A stretch of DNA of 64,000 nucleotides from Candidatus Brocadiia bacterium (GCA_046538485.1 JBKHIT010000001.1:128001-192000), one strand, 5' to 3'. Shown: positions 47,612 to 58,400, counted from the first letter of the stretch. Notes: generated from the sequence alone by a model not told the origin. Program-made: numbers and translations.

Positions 47612-50608
47612 TCACCTGATACCAACCAGCTCGCCCCCTCCTATCCAGCCCTGAGGTGTATTCGGCCGGTCGAGCTCGAATTTGTTTCCCGCCGTGCTGC
47701 TCACGATCAGTTCAAATTCGTTCCGACCCGGTTTCAAACCGTGCAGATCCCACCGCCAGGGCCGCCACGCACAACACCCCATATCAGCATCATTCACACG
47801 CAGCCGGCCACTATCCACAACTTGATCAAGTTCAAGAATCCAATCCAGCTCCAGATCATCGGCGCTCATCTCCTCTTCCCACCGGTATATGCCACAGCCC
47901 ATGTAATGCGGCATCCCCATATCCTGCCATCCATCCTTTGAAATTTCCGAGTCCGGGGGCTTCAGCACCGGCACGTCCCCTTCAATGTCAACATCAAAAT
48001 CACCTTCCAGGTACAGCTGACTGAGAAGCCCCTCCAGAGCGTCCTCGACGTCAAAGCAAATCTCCACTTCATTCCGAGCCCTCTGGATACCTTCGAGACG
48101 AATGCGGCGTGGCACAGTGTCATGCACCGGGAACGTCAGCTCACCGGTCCGCTCCTCCCCGTTCATAAAAATATGCATCTTCCCGCGGGCGCAGCGCGGA
48201 TCGAGAACGAGCTCAGGATCCGGGATTTCCCCTTCACAGCCAAATTCGAATCGGTACGTTAGCTTAGACTCCTCGACATCGCTTTCCAGAGGAAGCTCGC
48301 CCAGAAAGGTCGTCCATGTTCGGCGGCAACGATATCGACTTGAAAGTTGCCAGTAAGGTTGCGGATGATCGATCTGTCGCGAGGCCTCATCCCCGAGCTG
48401 CACCGAAAAAGCACACAATCTCAAAATATTGGGGTCAACACGTTCAAATCGCCGATCCGATGACACAGCCCTTCGTTCCACAGGCGGAGCGGGCCGGACA
48501 GTGACCGCAGTCGTTCGGAGACGGAAAAGCCCCGCTCCTTGCGGCGGCACCCGCCAGCTCGTCCCGGCGCCCGAGACCTCATAAGCACCATCGGCCTCCA
48601 CGGGTTCCCAGGAGACGCCGTTTTCAGAAGGAAGATCCAGCGACAGTTCATCATCGGACACATTGCTCGCAAGAAACATGTCCCCTTCGTCGCCCGTCGC
48701 TGAGAACCTTCTGACGTAACATTTGTTGGCGTTTTCGCCCTCGACTCTGACCACAGGAACCAGGTTTTTGTCGCACCATGCATCGTCGGGAGCAATTCTG
48801 TCGATCACTTTTCCCGGCAGTTCTGTCACTTCAGCGAAATCTCGATTCGCCGTACGCAACCGGTTGGGTCCTCCCCCAAACCAGTCGACCTCGGCGCCAT
48901 CCTGCACCGCTGTTTGGAGATTTTCCAGAGCCGCAATCGGGAAAATATCGCAGAACGGAATAAGGACCCGGGAGTACTCCCGCTCACCAGCTCCAATGAA
49001 ACCGGCTGCCGAAGCACCCGGTTCCAGATCCTCCAGATCAATCAGTTCCGGGTTGGCGTGATGTTCCAGGCAAAGCAGTAAAATATCCCACATGGAGCGT
49101 CGCATTTTCTCAACTGTTTTCGCCTGCCCTCCCTCGCCGATCTGCCAGAAGGGCATCATGACATTTAATATAGCCACTTGAGCGGGCGACGCGGCATTAT
49201 CCAGCACTCGACCAAGTTCTTTCATCCAGTCATTGACCCGGCACACACCGGGAAAGATGGCGCTCTTGGGACCGTAGTCGGGGGGCGCTTCATAATTCAC
49301 GACTCCTTCCTGGGACATAAAAAAACCGTGTACAAAAAATCGGTCAATCCCGAGCACTTTCTGCCACGTCAGAATCTGCCGCACCTTCTCGGAGGTAACG
49401 TCCCACCCGGAAAGCGCAAGGCTTTCGCTGATAGCAACGGGGCGTCCCTGCTGGTATTTGATAGAAGAAGCGCGCACGCTTCCCAGATTCAACCCGGCCG
49501 CCTTATCATCGCCGAGAAACGGCACGATGACGTCGGTTCCCGGCAAGCTCAGCCGTTTCATTAAGGGCATCACGGACCCGACAGTAACCGCTTCTGCAAT
49601 GGGATCGTCTTCGGGCGATATGTGGCCGACCAGTTGCAAATCGTGAGCATCACACCACTGTCTGTAAGGCTCTATAAAAGCGTTTCGAAACCGTTGCGTC
49701 ACCCATTCTCGGTAATCAATTCTCGTGCGGATGTATTCATCAGAAATCGCTTTGCCAAACAACTGATACATTCTGCTCCGAAGGTCGTAACCATACTCCT
49801 TCGCAAATAGATCGAACAACTTATCCGTGATAGGATATCGGCCGTGCGGTTTGGCCTCATCGGTAAAGATCCCCGGGATAGTCGATCCAAAGTATTCACC
49901 CACGTGCTCGACGTACGGATCGAGAGTAAGCTTCCGGAACAAATCGAATGAATCCGGATTCAGCAAATCCGGCAGAGCATCCCACGGGCCTTCCTGTGAG
50001 GCGGGCTCTCGCGTAACGGCCACCAGCCGGTGATTCTCCGGGATTTTGGGCACACGCACGGCATACCGGGGCCGGACGGCCGCTCCCCGCGGGCACGGGA
50101 ACGGATCGGGTTCCTCGTAGTAATAACGGCTATCCCAGCGTCCCATGAACCAGTCGGTTCTCACAACTCCCACTTCGTCGGTCATCTCCACCGGCTGCTT
50201 GTCTTTGGAGCGAGGGACCAGGCCCGCCCACATCACGGGATATTCCCCAATAAACCAGAGCTCCTCCGGTTGAAGTGGATCGGGTTTTTGGTGGAAGACA
50301 GCCTTCGTGGCCTCCAACTCTGGTCGTTCGGAGGTCACCATCCCGCCGGCTGCGCCGCTCGGAAAGGGATCTTCATCATACAGCCAGATGTCCATACCGA
50401 TCCGGTCACCTTCCTTTACAAGTGACCTGATCATCCGATACCACTCGCTCGACCCGTATGGAATCAAATTGCCGTGACGGCAATGCAGACACAATGCTTC
50501 GATACCGCCTTTGTGGCACCGTCTCATGTAATCGATTTTCTGTTCGACGCTGGAGGCATCGTTGAGCATCCAGAAACCGATCAGTCCATTGCGGAGTTCG
50601 TTTCGCAA
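47612..50608 (-). CDS. GH106-like (alpha-L-rhamnosidase-like) glycoside hydrolase, no signal peptide
   Basis: FWMLN, WLYDEDPFPSGAAGG, PGIFTDE, WCDAHDLQLVGH, C-terminal GH2-like beta domain. Confidence 0.75.
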   Translation of the reverse strand: MRNELRNGLIGFWMLNDASSVEQKIDYMRRCHKGGIEALCLHCRHGNLIPYGSSEWYRMIRSLVKEGDRIGMDIWLYDEDPFPSGAAGGMVTSERPELEATKAVFHQKPDPLQPEELWFIGEYPVMWAGLVPRSKDKQPVEMTDEVGVVRTDWFMGRWDSRYYYEEPDPFPCPRGAAVRPRYAVRVPKIPENHRLVAVTREPASQEGPWDALPDLLNPDSFDLFRKLTLDPYVEHVGEYFGSTIPGIFTDEAKPHGRYPITDKLFDLFAKEYGYDLRSRMYQLFGKAISDEYIRTRIDYREWVTQRFRNAFIEPYRQWCDAHDLQLVGHISPEDDPIAEAVTVGSVMPLMKRLSLPGTDVIVPFLGDDKAAGLNLGSVRASSIKYQQGRPVAISESLALSGWDVTSEKVRQILTWQKVLGIDRFFVHGFFMSQEGVVNYEAPPDYGPKSAIFPGVCRVNDWMKELGRVLDNAASPAQVAILNVMMPFWQIGEGGQAKTVEKMRRSMWDILLLCLEHHANPELIDLEDLEPGASAAGFIGAGEREYSRVLIPFCDIFPIAALENLQTAVQDGAEVDWFGGGPNRLRTANRDFAEVTELPGKVIDRIAPDDAWCDKNLVPVVRVEGENANKCYVRRFSATGDEGDMFLASNVSDDELSLDLPSENGVSWEPVEADGAYEVSGAGTSWRVPPQGAGLFRLRTTAVTVRPAPPVERRAVSSDRRFERVDPNILRLCAFSVQLGDEASRQIDHPQPYWQLSSRYRCRRTWTTFLGELPLESDVEESKLTYRFEFGCEGEIPDPELVLDPRCARGKMHIFMNGEERTGELTFPVHDTVPRRIRLEGIQRARNEVEICFDVEDALEGLLSQLYLEGDFDVDIEGDVPVLKPPDSEISKDGWQDMGMPHYMGCGIYRWEEEMSADDLELDWILELDQVVDSGRLRVNDADMGCCAWRPWRWDLHGLKPGRNEFELIVSSTAGNKFELDRPNTPQGWIGGGELVGIR

Positions 50609-50644
50609 TTTTATCTTTCTTTCAACTTTTACAGGAACCTGTTA

Positions 50645-52552
50645 TTAGTCAATTGGCAGCGCGCAGAGACGATGTTCCGCCGCGAAGAAGTATTTCCCAT
50701 CTGCCAAAGCTCCGCCAGCCGTCGGACACATTTTTTCTTCGCAGATCCATAGCATGTCAACTTCTGTCGTCCCCTTTTCCACCCGGAAAATTCCTTTTCG
50801 TGTCGCACCGACCACAAAATCCCTTCCGCCTCGCAGGCTGACTTCCAGCGGCCATCCCGTATCTTCGCCCAGCGGCCCTTGCTCAACGATTTGCTTTTCG
50901 GGGAGATCCAGCAACATCAATTCCGCTCGCTGCTCTTCATCTTCGAGATGCACGATGGCATACGTCCGTTCTTCTCCCGCCTCACATAGATCCATCACTG
51001 AAATGATTTCCAATCCCAGATCGCCCTTCCAGCTGAGTTCGTCCTGCTCCGGATCCCAGAGCGCCAGGCCGGTGGTCCCAACCCGTGCTTCCGTCCCGAA
51101 GCCACCTGTGATCGCAAACCCAACCGCAATCAGTCCCTGCTCGGGGATATAGGCGAGAGATATGGGACTGCAGTTCTTGAAAATGTGACGGTGGCTGCCG
51201 AATTGCTCACTCCGAGGATCGAACCACGCTAACGTCCCGCCCCACATTCCGTAATCCGGGATGGACGCCGTCCAGACTTTCCCGGCCGGCCCGCACAACA
51301 TATCCCGCGGCCGGTAGGCCACTTCATCCATACGACCCAGCTCGCGGGGATTAGATTCTTTTTCAATGCCAAAACGGTAAGGCCGTTCGGGATCGTAAAC
51401 GCTCAGCCGGGCGCCGGGATACGCGCACATGTAGAGTTTTCCATCGAGAGACCCCATCGAATAAAGCTCGCCCCCCGATGTCGAACAAGCGCCGAGATCT
51501 TCAACGAGCCCCGTCGACGGTACATGCCGGAAAAGGTGAAGAGGAAGAATGCTCGAACCATAGATATCCTCATCCGGTCCCTTCCGAACGAGAAAAATTC
51601 CTGTTCCGTCGCCTTCCCAATTCAGCTCCAGCTGGCGCGTCTCCCCGGATGGCGATTGGATTTGCAGTTGGCGGTACTGATACCCATTCCCTGAACCGTC
51701 TGAAAACTTGAAAGTCGATCCGTCCGGCAGATTGGATTGAGGGGTGTCCCGGTTCGCGCCTTTGATGCCCCGGATAATTTCCTCGCGGCTCTGCCCTTCC
51801 CATTCAGGCTCGTCCTGGAAATCCAGTTCCTCGAAAGGAACCGCAGTGGCGCCCATCACACGGGAAATGCCTCTGTGGCTATCGATATAGAGCAGGTTAT
51901 CGGGACCTTTCCGCAGGTTCACGTGCCCTTCGCCGGTATCGGTATCGGCTACAGGTCCGAGCGGACGGTGCTCTCCGGTCTCAGGATTAAAAGCAACAAC
52001 ATGCGGACGGACCATTTTCACGAGCCCAGCAACCGTGCCATCGGCACCACAGAAGGGATAGAAATACTTGTCTGTCTCGTCCATGCGTCCGTGTCGCGTG
52101 AACTCATTTGTGCCAGGATCATAAGAAGTAAGATCGCAGCCCGGGTAGCTTCCTACGTAAAGCAGCCCTTCGGGGTCCTCACCAATGCGACAGGGAAAAT
52201 TGGCGTCCCCGGGATTGATCTTTCCCAGATCCTCAATGTTTCGTGTTCCCGGGGTGAAACGGAAAAGATGTCCGGGGGTTGATCCGATGAACAGACAACC
52301 GTGGTTATCGCTCCAGTGGGAGGTAGTAGGATGGCTGGCATCGGCTATTGGCGCGTAGAACTGTTGACAGTCTCCCGAGACGGGGTCGACCTGCAGCACA
52401 AACATAGCCGCGCCGTGTTGTCCTATCGTAATGAGTATACATGGTTCGCCACTTTTTTTTCTGCCGGCGAAAGTTCGCACCCAGTTCACGCCTCGAACCG
52501 GCACGCCGATTTCCTCGACTTTTGAAGATCCGCCCATTTCTATTTTCTCCAC
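50645..52552 (-). CDS. Beta-propeller repeat protein
   Basis: Repeated blades (LFIGSTPGHLFRF, LYVGSYPGCDL, IYGSS, LYMCAYPGARL, PDYGMWGGTL). Confidence 0.65.
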   Translation of the reverse strand: MEKIEMGGSSKVEEIGVPVRGVNWVRTFAGRKKSGEPCILITIGQHGAAMFVLQVDPVSGDCQQFYAPIADASHPTTSHWSDNHGCLFIGSTPGHLFRFTPGTRNIEDLGKINPGDANFPCRIGEDPEGLLYVGSYPGCDLTSYDPGTNEFTRHGRMDETDKYFYPFCGADGTVAGLVKMVRPHVVAFNPETGEHRPLGPVADTDTGEGHVNLRKGPDNLLYIDSHRGISRVMGATAVPFEELDFQDEPEWEGQSREEIIRGIKGANRDTPQSNLPDGSTFKFSDGSGNGYQYRQLQIQSPSGETRQLELNWEGDGTGIFLVRKGPDEDIYGSSILPLHLFRHVPSTGLVEDLGACSTSGGELYSMGSLDGKLYMCAYPGARLSVYDPERPYRFGIEKESNPRELGRMDEVAYRPRDMLCGPAGKVWTASIPDYGMWGGTLAWFDPRSEQFGSHRHIFKNCSPISLAYIPEQGLIAVGFAITGGFGTEARVGTTGLALWDPEQDELSWKGDLGLEIISVMDLCEAGEERTYAIVHLEDEEQRAELMLLDLPEKQIVEQGPLGEDTGWPLEVSLRGGRDFVVGATRKGIFRVEKGTTEVDMLWICEEKMCPTAGGALADGKYFFAAEHRLCALPID

Positions 52553-52783
52553 ATGTAAATTCCTGGAGGCCTATTCTGCAGGTTTGCACGGCTGAATTGC
52601 AAGCAGGCCTCTGTGGGTCATGGAGGAAAGACCCGGACTAACACGGACGGAACGGAAGAATGGACGATCGGGCGGGGCTGGGCGCATTCGGCCGCAACCT
52701 TTGAAACCATCACGGGATCAGCATAGTATTGACTGCCTCGATTTCAATGCATGAATTACGTGATATTCAAAACGGAGATTGCA

Positions 52784-53803
52784 ATGACTCAATACGCGGG
52801 AATGATACTGAGACCCTATGAAATCCTCTGCAGCATCTGTGCCCTGGGGAACGTTCCATCGGAAGCGTTCAAACAGAAATTCGCCACGCTCCTCTCGCGG
52901 ATTAGAAAGAACCCCGATATGCCCATCGGGCTCAGATGTAACGTCGGCGGGGCATTCTCTTATCAGGATATCGGAACCGAAGGCGATACGCCTGAAGGGG
53001 CGGAATTTAACGTCAGGCGGGATCTGGAAGTGCTCCACAAATTGAACCTTCCGCCGGGCTGCATCCTGCCGGCCAGAATAATCTTCACCCGCGCCTTCGA
53101 CAGGATTGAGTCCGTCGATGGGATCTGCCGATACGATTCAGTCACCTCAGAGGCTTGGGAAGGCTGTCCGAGGGCCAAAAGTAGGTGCTACGAAGCCGGA
53201 CACGCAAAAGGCATCGAAGCCCTCATTCCTCCTCGGGACGAGGAAGAGATGAAGAGGGAGAAGGAAAAATCCCTGAAAGCGATGTATGACGCCGACGCGA
53301 TTTCGATCCGCCCCCATATCCTGCTCTGCGCCGTCTGCCAGTATGGCAGTGGAGTCAGGCCGCCATATGCACCCGATAATTTGCCCGAGCTGATGCAGCT
53401 TATCCTGGATAAACCGGATACGCCCATCAAGATCGCATCGCACGCAGACTGGATGATGTGCGCGCCGTGCCCCGACCGCGTGCCGGAGACCAATGCATGC
53501 GTCACAAACAAAGGCTCCGGCGGATTGCCCAACCAGATGCGAGATCTACGGGTGCTTCAGAAACTCGGATTGACATATGGGGACACCATAAAAGCCGTGG
53601 ACCTCTACAGACGCATTTTCGAGAGGATCCCCGGGACCTTCGAAATCTGCGCGCTTGATCATTGTGACCCTTCTATCTGGTACACATCCTGCGGGATACA
53701 GACTTCTGACAGCGAAAATTACGATAAGGGTCGACGCATGCTGATGGAGAAAATGGGAATTGGACCGTCCGAAAACACGGAAACAAATTTCGATTCCCCC
53801 TGA
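52784..53803 (+). CDS. Cys-rich protein with two tandem DUF1284-like domains
   Basis: LRPYEILCSIC / IRPHILLCAVC, MMCAPCP, RDLEVLHKL / RDLRVLQKL repeats; GGAG RBS before ATG 52784. Confidence 0.6.
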   Translation: MTQYAGMILRPYEILCSICALGNVPSEAFKQKFATLLSRIRKNPDMPIGLRCNVGGAFSYQDIGTEGDTPEGAEFNVRRDLEVLHKLNLPPGCILPARIIFTRAFDRIESVDGICRYDSVTSEAWEGCPRAKSRCYEAGHAKGIEALIPPRDEEEMKREKEKSLKAMYDADAISIRPHILLCAVCQYGSGVRPPYAPDNLPELMQLILDKPDTPIKIASHADWMMCAPCPDRVPETNACVTNKGSGGLPNQMRDLRVLQKLGLTYGDTIKAVDLYRRIFERIPGTFEICALDHCDPSIWYTSCGIQTSDSENYDKGRRMLMEKMGIGPSENTETNFDSP

Positions 53804-53833
53804 AGGCCTCAATATCACCAAAAATACGTGTTG

Positions 53834-54859
53834 TTACAGCTCCATCACCTTGCCATCCTGCCGGGCCGACTCGACGAGAGCACACAGTATTTTGGTGAGC
53901 GCCAGACCCTCTTCAGCTCCCGTCAGCGGTGGCTTGCCTTCAAGAGCGCAATCAACAAAATGCCGGGATGCTGCGAAAGTGAAACCGGCTGCTTGATCGA
54001 GCGTCGGACCGTTGGTCGGGGTTGACATTTTGAACTCTTTGCCATCGGCCACAGCCAGTTCGCTGCGCATACGGTCGACATCAATCACTCCGTTGCTGCA
54101 AAGCGCGTAAAAACGCGAATCTACCAGGCTCGGATATGAAGAGGGAAGAATCCAGCTCCCCTCCAGAGAGAGCACAGCTCCGCCTTCGAATTCAATCGTA
54201 GCCTGATAGAAATCCGCCGCGTCGAAACCACGTTCGCTCAACACACCTTTCCGATGAACGGCCCGAACCCGCTGCGCTTCCCGCCCTATCCACCACCGGG
54301 CAATGTCCAGACGATGCACGCCGATCCAGTGGGCCAGATGACTCTGTTCGAGCCATGGCAGCAGCTCCGTGGGCACATCAATGCGGTTAGATAACCGTGC
54401 AAAAACGTACCACACATCGCCGATATCGCCATTATCCAATAGTCCTTTCCCTTTCGAAAACGGATACATCCACCGGTTGGAAAGATTGAGCATAAAACAG
54501 CCCTCGCCCTCTTCAGCAGCTTCGACAATTGCCCCGGCATCTCCCAGGCTGAGAGCCATGGGTTTTTCCAGCAGGACGTGTTTGCCCTGCTCCAGCGCCG
54601 CGACGGCCGCTTCGCGATGGAGATAATCCGGCAGCACAATCGCTACCGCATCCACTTCGTCGCAACCCAGCATCTCGTGGAAATCTTCAAACTGAAGCGG
54701 AACGTCAAAATCCTGCGCTTCTTTCTGCAACTTTTGCTCATCAATGTCGCAAATGGCGCGAACTTCCGCACGGGGATTGTTCGAAAAGTTGACAACATGA
54801 CCGTGGCCCTGCATGCCGACACCAATTATTCCAACCGAGAGTGGTTCATCTGATAGCAT
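53834..54859 (-). CDS. Gfo/Idh/MocA family oxidoreductase
   Basis: VGIIGVGMQG, GKHVLLEKPMA, GVHRLDIARW. Confidence 0.9.
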   Translation of the reverse strand: MLSDEPLSVGIIGVGMQGHGHVVNFSNNPRAEVRAICDIDEQKLQKEAQDFDVPLQFEDFHEMLGCDEVDAVAIVLPDYLHREAAVAALEQGKHVLLEKPMALSLGDAGAIVEAAEEGEGCFMLNLSNRWMYPFSKGKGLLDNGDIGDVWYVFARLSNRIDVPTELLPWLEQSHLAHWIGVHRLDIARWWIGREAQRVRAVHRKGVLSERGFDAADFYQATIEFEGGAVLSLEGSWILPSSYPSLVDSRFYALCSNGVIDVDRMRSELAVADGKEFKMSTPTNGPTLDQAAGFTFAASRHFVDCALEGKPPLTGAEEGLALTKILCALVESARQDGKVMEL

Positions 54860-54933
54860 TCGCTTCTCCAAAAAACTCAAAGACACGAGATTCAACCGGT
54901 GTTACGTAACGATTCTTTTGCATGAACCGCATT

Positions 54934-54992
54934 CTGAACTCCAGCCTCCGGCTGAAGTCCAGTCTGCTGCACCATACGGAGACTGGAGTTCA
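54934..54992. repeat. Intergenic inverted repeat (REP-like)
   Basis: ctgaactccagcctccg ... cggagactggagttcag. Confidence 0.6.
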
Positions 54993-55127
54993 GCTGAGCC
55001 AGGCGAAGCGGGACTTGAGGCGGACAAATATGGTGCATGATAGATGAAATCCAGACTGACCGAGCAATGGAACATAAGAGCCCACAAAATGAGCAACTCA
55101 GAGCGCTTCCCAATCAACCCAATCCTT

Positions 55128-55991
55128 TCACGGAAGGTCATATACTTCTTTTTCCGGAGCCTGATCATGTTGGACAACATCGAACATTTTTGATCGGCCA
55201 TCCCAATCGTTCTTCTCCCTGCATCTGTGCCGGAACGGTTCAGCATACTGGACCCCCGCCATCTCACCCCACGCTTGAGCCCGGCCGGCCGCAAACTCGT
55301 CCAGCACTCCCTCAGCAAACTGACTTCCGTAAGATTCGATAGCTTTCTGTTTCGTCCGCACATCTTCCTCAGATATCTCGACGAAAAAATCGGGGTGGTA
55401 GCCGGCGATCGGTCCCCCGCTACCCGGTTCCCAGAACAGCACCTCCGGGGCCGTTCCTTCCGCCTCCATGCCCCCGATCATGTAATCGACGAATCGAGCG
55501 ATACCATAATGGTCGCAGTGCCGGTCGTCGGGCGAATGGGTAAAAATAACATCCGGGGCAAACTCTTCGATCAGCTTTCGCAATCTCCGACGGCATCGGG
55601 CGAAACACTGAGCGTTGGCCAGCGGCGGCAGGCCCTCAAAGATAGCATCCCTCAACTCTTCCTGAACGCTTTCGGGGCTGTCGAAAGACGGATAGATGAC
55701 TGAACCGGGCTCGGGTGTGCTAAAATAATAGCTTTTGAAAGTAAGCCATTCCAACCTGTCGGCTCCCAAAATCTGCGAGGCTCGTGTGGACTCTTTACGT
55801 CGCGTATTCAGGGCTTCGCGGGAACTCTCAACGGTATAGTGATCGCCGACGTAGGCGTTTTCGACGGCCACCACGTAGCATCCCCGTTTTCCCTCGCCCA
55901 CAAGACGAGAAAAAGTTCCGCCCATCCTGAGATCCACATCATCACAGTGCGCCCCAATTGCCATGAAAGCGTCCGTCGAACTGATGTCCAT
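55128..55991 (-). CDS. PIG-L/LmbE family N-deacetylase
   Basis: IGAHCDDVD, RRKES, FTHSPDDRHCDH, YGSQF. Confidence 0.85.
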   Translation of the reverse strand: MDISSTDAFMAIGAHCDDVDLRMGGTFSRLVGEGKRGCYVVAVENAYVGDHYTVESSREALNTRRKESTRASQILGADRLEWLTFKSYYFSTPEPGSVIYPSFDSPESVQEELRDAIFEGLPPLANAQCFARCRRRLRKLIEEFAPDVIFTHSPDDRHCDHYGIARFVDYMIGGMEAEGTAPEVLFWEPGSGGPIAGYHPDFFVEISEEDVRTKQKAIESYGSQFAEGVLDEFAAGRAQAWGEMAGVQYAEPFRHRCREKNDWDGRSKMFDVVQHDQAPEKEVYDLP

Positions 55992-56161
55992 TCAAAACTC
56001 CTCTCATTCAGGCTAACGCGGATTCTGAGAAGACATCTCGCAACTGATCTTGTAAGACAATAGAGTTTTCCAGGTGGAAGGAGACGGTCAAATTGCTCCT
56101 CTGTATCTCACGGCGATTTTGTTCTTCCAGTATCACCCCGAGCACATAGATCACAAGAACC

Positions 56162-57385
56162 TCACGCGTCCCAGTAGAAGGCCAATACTTTCCTTACGGC
56201 CTCCACCGTGTCGTCAATTTCCCCGTCGCCCAGCTCCTCGCGGAGAGGGAAGAAGAAACATTTCTGAATCTCAGATTCGGCCATCGGACAGTCGCCTTCA
56301 CTGTAAGTGATTTGGGACTGGCTGAAGGGCCAGTCAGAATGGTTGAAAGCGCTCCTGTTCTGAAGGTAGATGTAACTTAAATAGACAGGATCGACGTAAC
56401 CCGCCCGGCCGGGGATGCCTTCGGCGTTGATCGCTTCGGCGAATTTCTCAAGATCAATTCCCAGCCTTTCGGTTTCCAGCCGGATCAGGTAGAACCAGTA
56501 CGTCGCATAGGCTCCACCGATTGCTCTGTGAGGATGCACCCCATCGATTTCCGCAAGTCCTTCAGTTAGTCGCACCCCGAGATGGTGTCTGGCCTCTGTA
56601 ATCTGCTCAACTTTCCCGAGCTGAGCAAGAGCCACGGCGCTCTGGAGCTCAGAGATGCGGTAATTTGGGGCCGCAAATGGCAGATCCCGTTTGCCGCCGA
56701 CACGATCGTAACACTTGTCGATCGCCCGCCAGGCGTTCAAGTAAAGTTCTTCCTTGTCAGTGACGATCAGGCCACCCTCACCGGCCGAGATATGTTTGAA
56801 ATCGTTCAGACTGAAACAACCCACATCGCCGAACGTGCCAACCCACTGACCGTCGACTTTGGCATTCCAGCTCTGCGCGCAATCTTCCACGAGTTTCAGA
56901 TTATGTTTCTGGCAAAGCTCGACCAGCGGCTTTATATCCGCGGGGCACCCCGCGAGATGGACCGCGATCACAGCACGAGTGCGATCCGTAATTTGCGGCT
57001 CGACGGTTTTTGCATTGATGCTATAGGTAACCGGGTCGATATCCGCAAATATCGGAATCGCCCCTTCGTAAACGATACCCACAAGTGTTCCGGCATCGGT
57101 GATAGGACTCGTTATGACCTCATCGCCGGGCCCCACTCCGCATGCTTTGAGCGCGCCATGAATAGCAGCGGAACCCGAACTGCATGCTACGACGTGTTCA
57201 GCGCCGCAAAGATCCGACATTTTTTCGCACAACTGCTTCGTTTTCTCACCGTACATGTAAAACAACGTATTCTGCTCGATAGCTTCACGCAGATGCCTGA
57301 GCTCTTCGTCCCCGAAACGCGCGCCACGTTCGGGCCACGGTTCAGAACGCACAGGCTTACCCCCATTCAGTGCCAGCTTGCTCAT
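56162..57385 (-). CDS. DegT/DnrJ/EryC1/StrS PLP aminotransferase
   Basis: GVGPGDEVITSP, VEDCAQS, FSLNDFKHISAGEGG, NYRISELQSA. Confidence 0.92.
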   Translation of the reverse strand: MSKLALNGGKPVRSEPWPERGARFGDEELRHLREAIEQNTLFYMYGEKTKQLCEKMSDLCGAEHVVACSSGSAAIHGALKACGVGPGDEVITSPITDAGTLVGIVYEGAIPIFADIDPVTYSINAKTVEPQITDRTRAVIAVHLAGCPADIKPLVELCQKHNLKLVEDCAQSWNAKVDGQWVGTFGDVGCFSLNDFKHISAGEGGLIVTDKEELYLNAWRAIDKCYDRVGGKRDLPFAAPNYRISELQSAVALAQLGKVEQITEARHHLGVRLTEGLAEIDGVHPHRAIGGAYATYWFYLIRLETERLGIDLEKFAEAINAEGIPGRAGYVDPVYLSYIYLQNRSAFNHSDWPFSQSQITYSEGDCPMAESEIQKCFFFPLREELGDGEIDDTVEAVRKVLAFYWDA

Positions 57386-57638
57386 CCGTATCTCCTTTGG
57401 TTCGTCTGGAACTTGGAGGGAACACGATACAGCCTTTTGTGTCGATATTCAATGCTTGGGGGGACAATATATACTGCTTTCTCGCACCTACCCTGCAGGA
57501 ACATCGTCTCAATAGACTGGAAAGCCCCCTTTTCAGTACGACTGAGGTATATCCATAGTCATTTCGACCTTGACGCTTCGGAGGATACGATCATAATGAT
57601 GAAACCTGTGTGATAGATGTATTCGGCGGTTAGGAAAA

Positions 57639-58400
57639 ATGGCCATGGAAATCTTCGATGCATTCTGCGGGGTCGGGCCCTGGGCGGAGCGTGATCCCCT
57701 CCTGCCATACCGCCCGAAAGAAATTCTTGAACTGATGGATTATTTCGGCATTGACCGCGCTTTGGTCCGCGCAAATATCGCGGCGGGGCGAGGTCGTGCT
57801 TCAGAATGTAACCGCATAGTTGCTGAAGTCTGCAAAGCGGAAGAAAGGTTTGTGCCAGCTTTCACGCTCGCAATACACCCCTATGACGAAGATCCAAATC
57901 CAACAGGTTATGCCCGCATGATGGCAAAAGTGGGCGCTCGAGCCGCCTGGCTTACGTTTCGGACAATCGATCAGTCCTCCCATTTCTCATCCTGGCTGCT
58001 GGAAGATCTTTTGGAAATGTGCGCCGGAAAGAAAATTCCGGTTTTCCTCCACGCGGATACAATCGGTCCGGATGCCCTGCACGAGTTGTGCGCAGAGTTT
58101 CCTTCGCTCCGAGTGGTCCTTGTCGGCTCAGGCTATGGTTCAGACACGTGGCTTTTCAAACTACTGGAGGCGCATCCCAATCTGCACGTCTGCCTGGGAC
58201 ATTATTACATCCCATCAGAAGGCCCCATGCGTTTCCTGAAACATTTTTCTTGTGACCGGTTGCTGTTCGGGTCAGGATTGCCCGCTTTTTCACCCGGCGG
58301 GTTGATCGCTCATGTAATGTATGCCGATATCACACCGACCGAACAGGAAAAAATCTTCTCAAAAAATTTGCAACGAATTCTCTCGGAGGTAGATCTATGA
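57639..58400 (+). CDS. Amidohydrolase_2-fold protein lacking the N-terminal HxH motif
   Basis: IFDAFCGVG, MDYFGID, PVFLH, RLLFGSGLP, IFSKNLQRIL. Confidence 0.75.
   Translation: MAMEIFDAFCGVGPWAERDPLLPYRPKEILELMDYFGIDRALVRANIAAGRGRASECNRIVAEVCKAEERFVPAFTLAIHPYDEDPNPTGYARMMAKVGARAAWLTFRTIDQSSHFSSWLLEDLLEMCAGKKIPVFLHADTIGPDALHELCAEFPSLRVVLVGSGYGSDTWLFKLLEAHPNLHVCLGHYYIPSEGPMRFLKHFSCDRLLFGSGLPAFSPGGLIAHVMYADITPTEQEKIFSKNLQRILSEVDL

Noticed and set aside
55992..56161. Possible transposase remnant or sRNA between the deacetylase and aminotransferase genes
   Set aside because: No convincing motif, terminal repeat or stable structure could be identified by eye.
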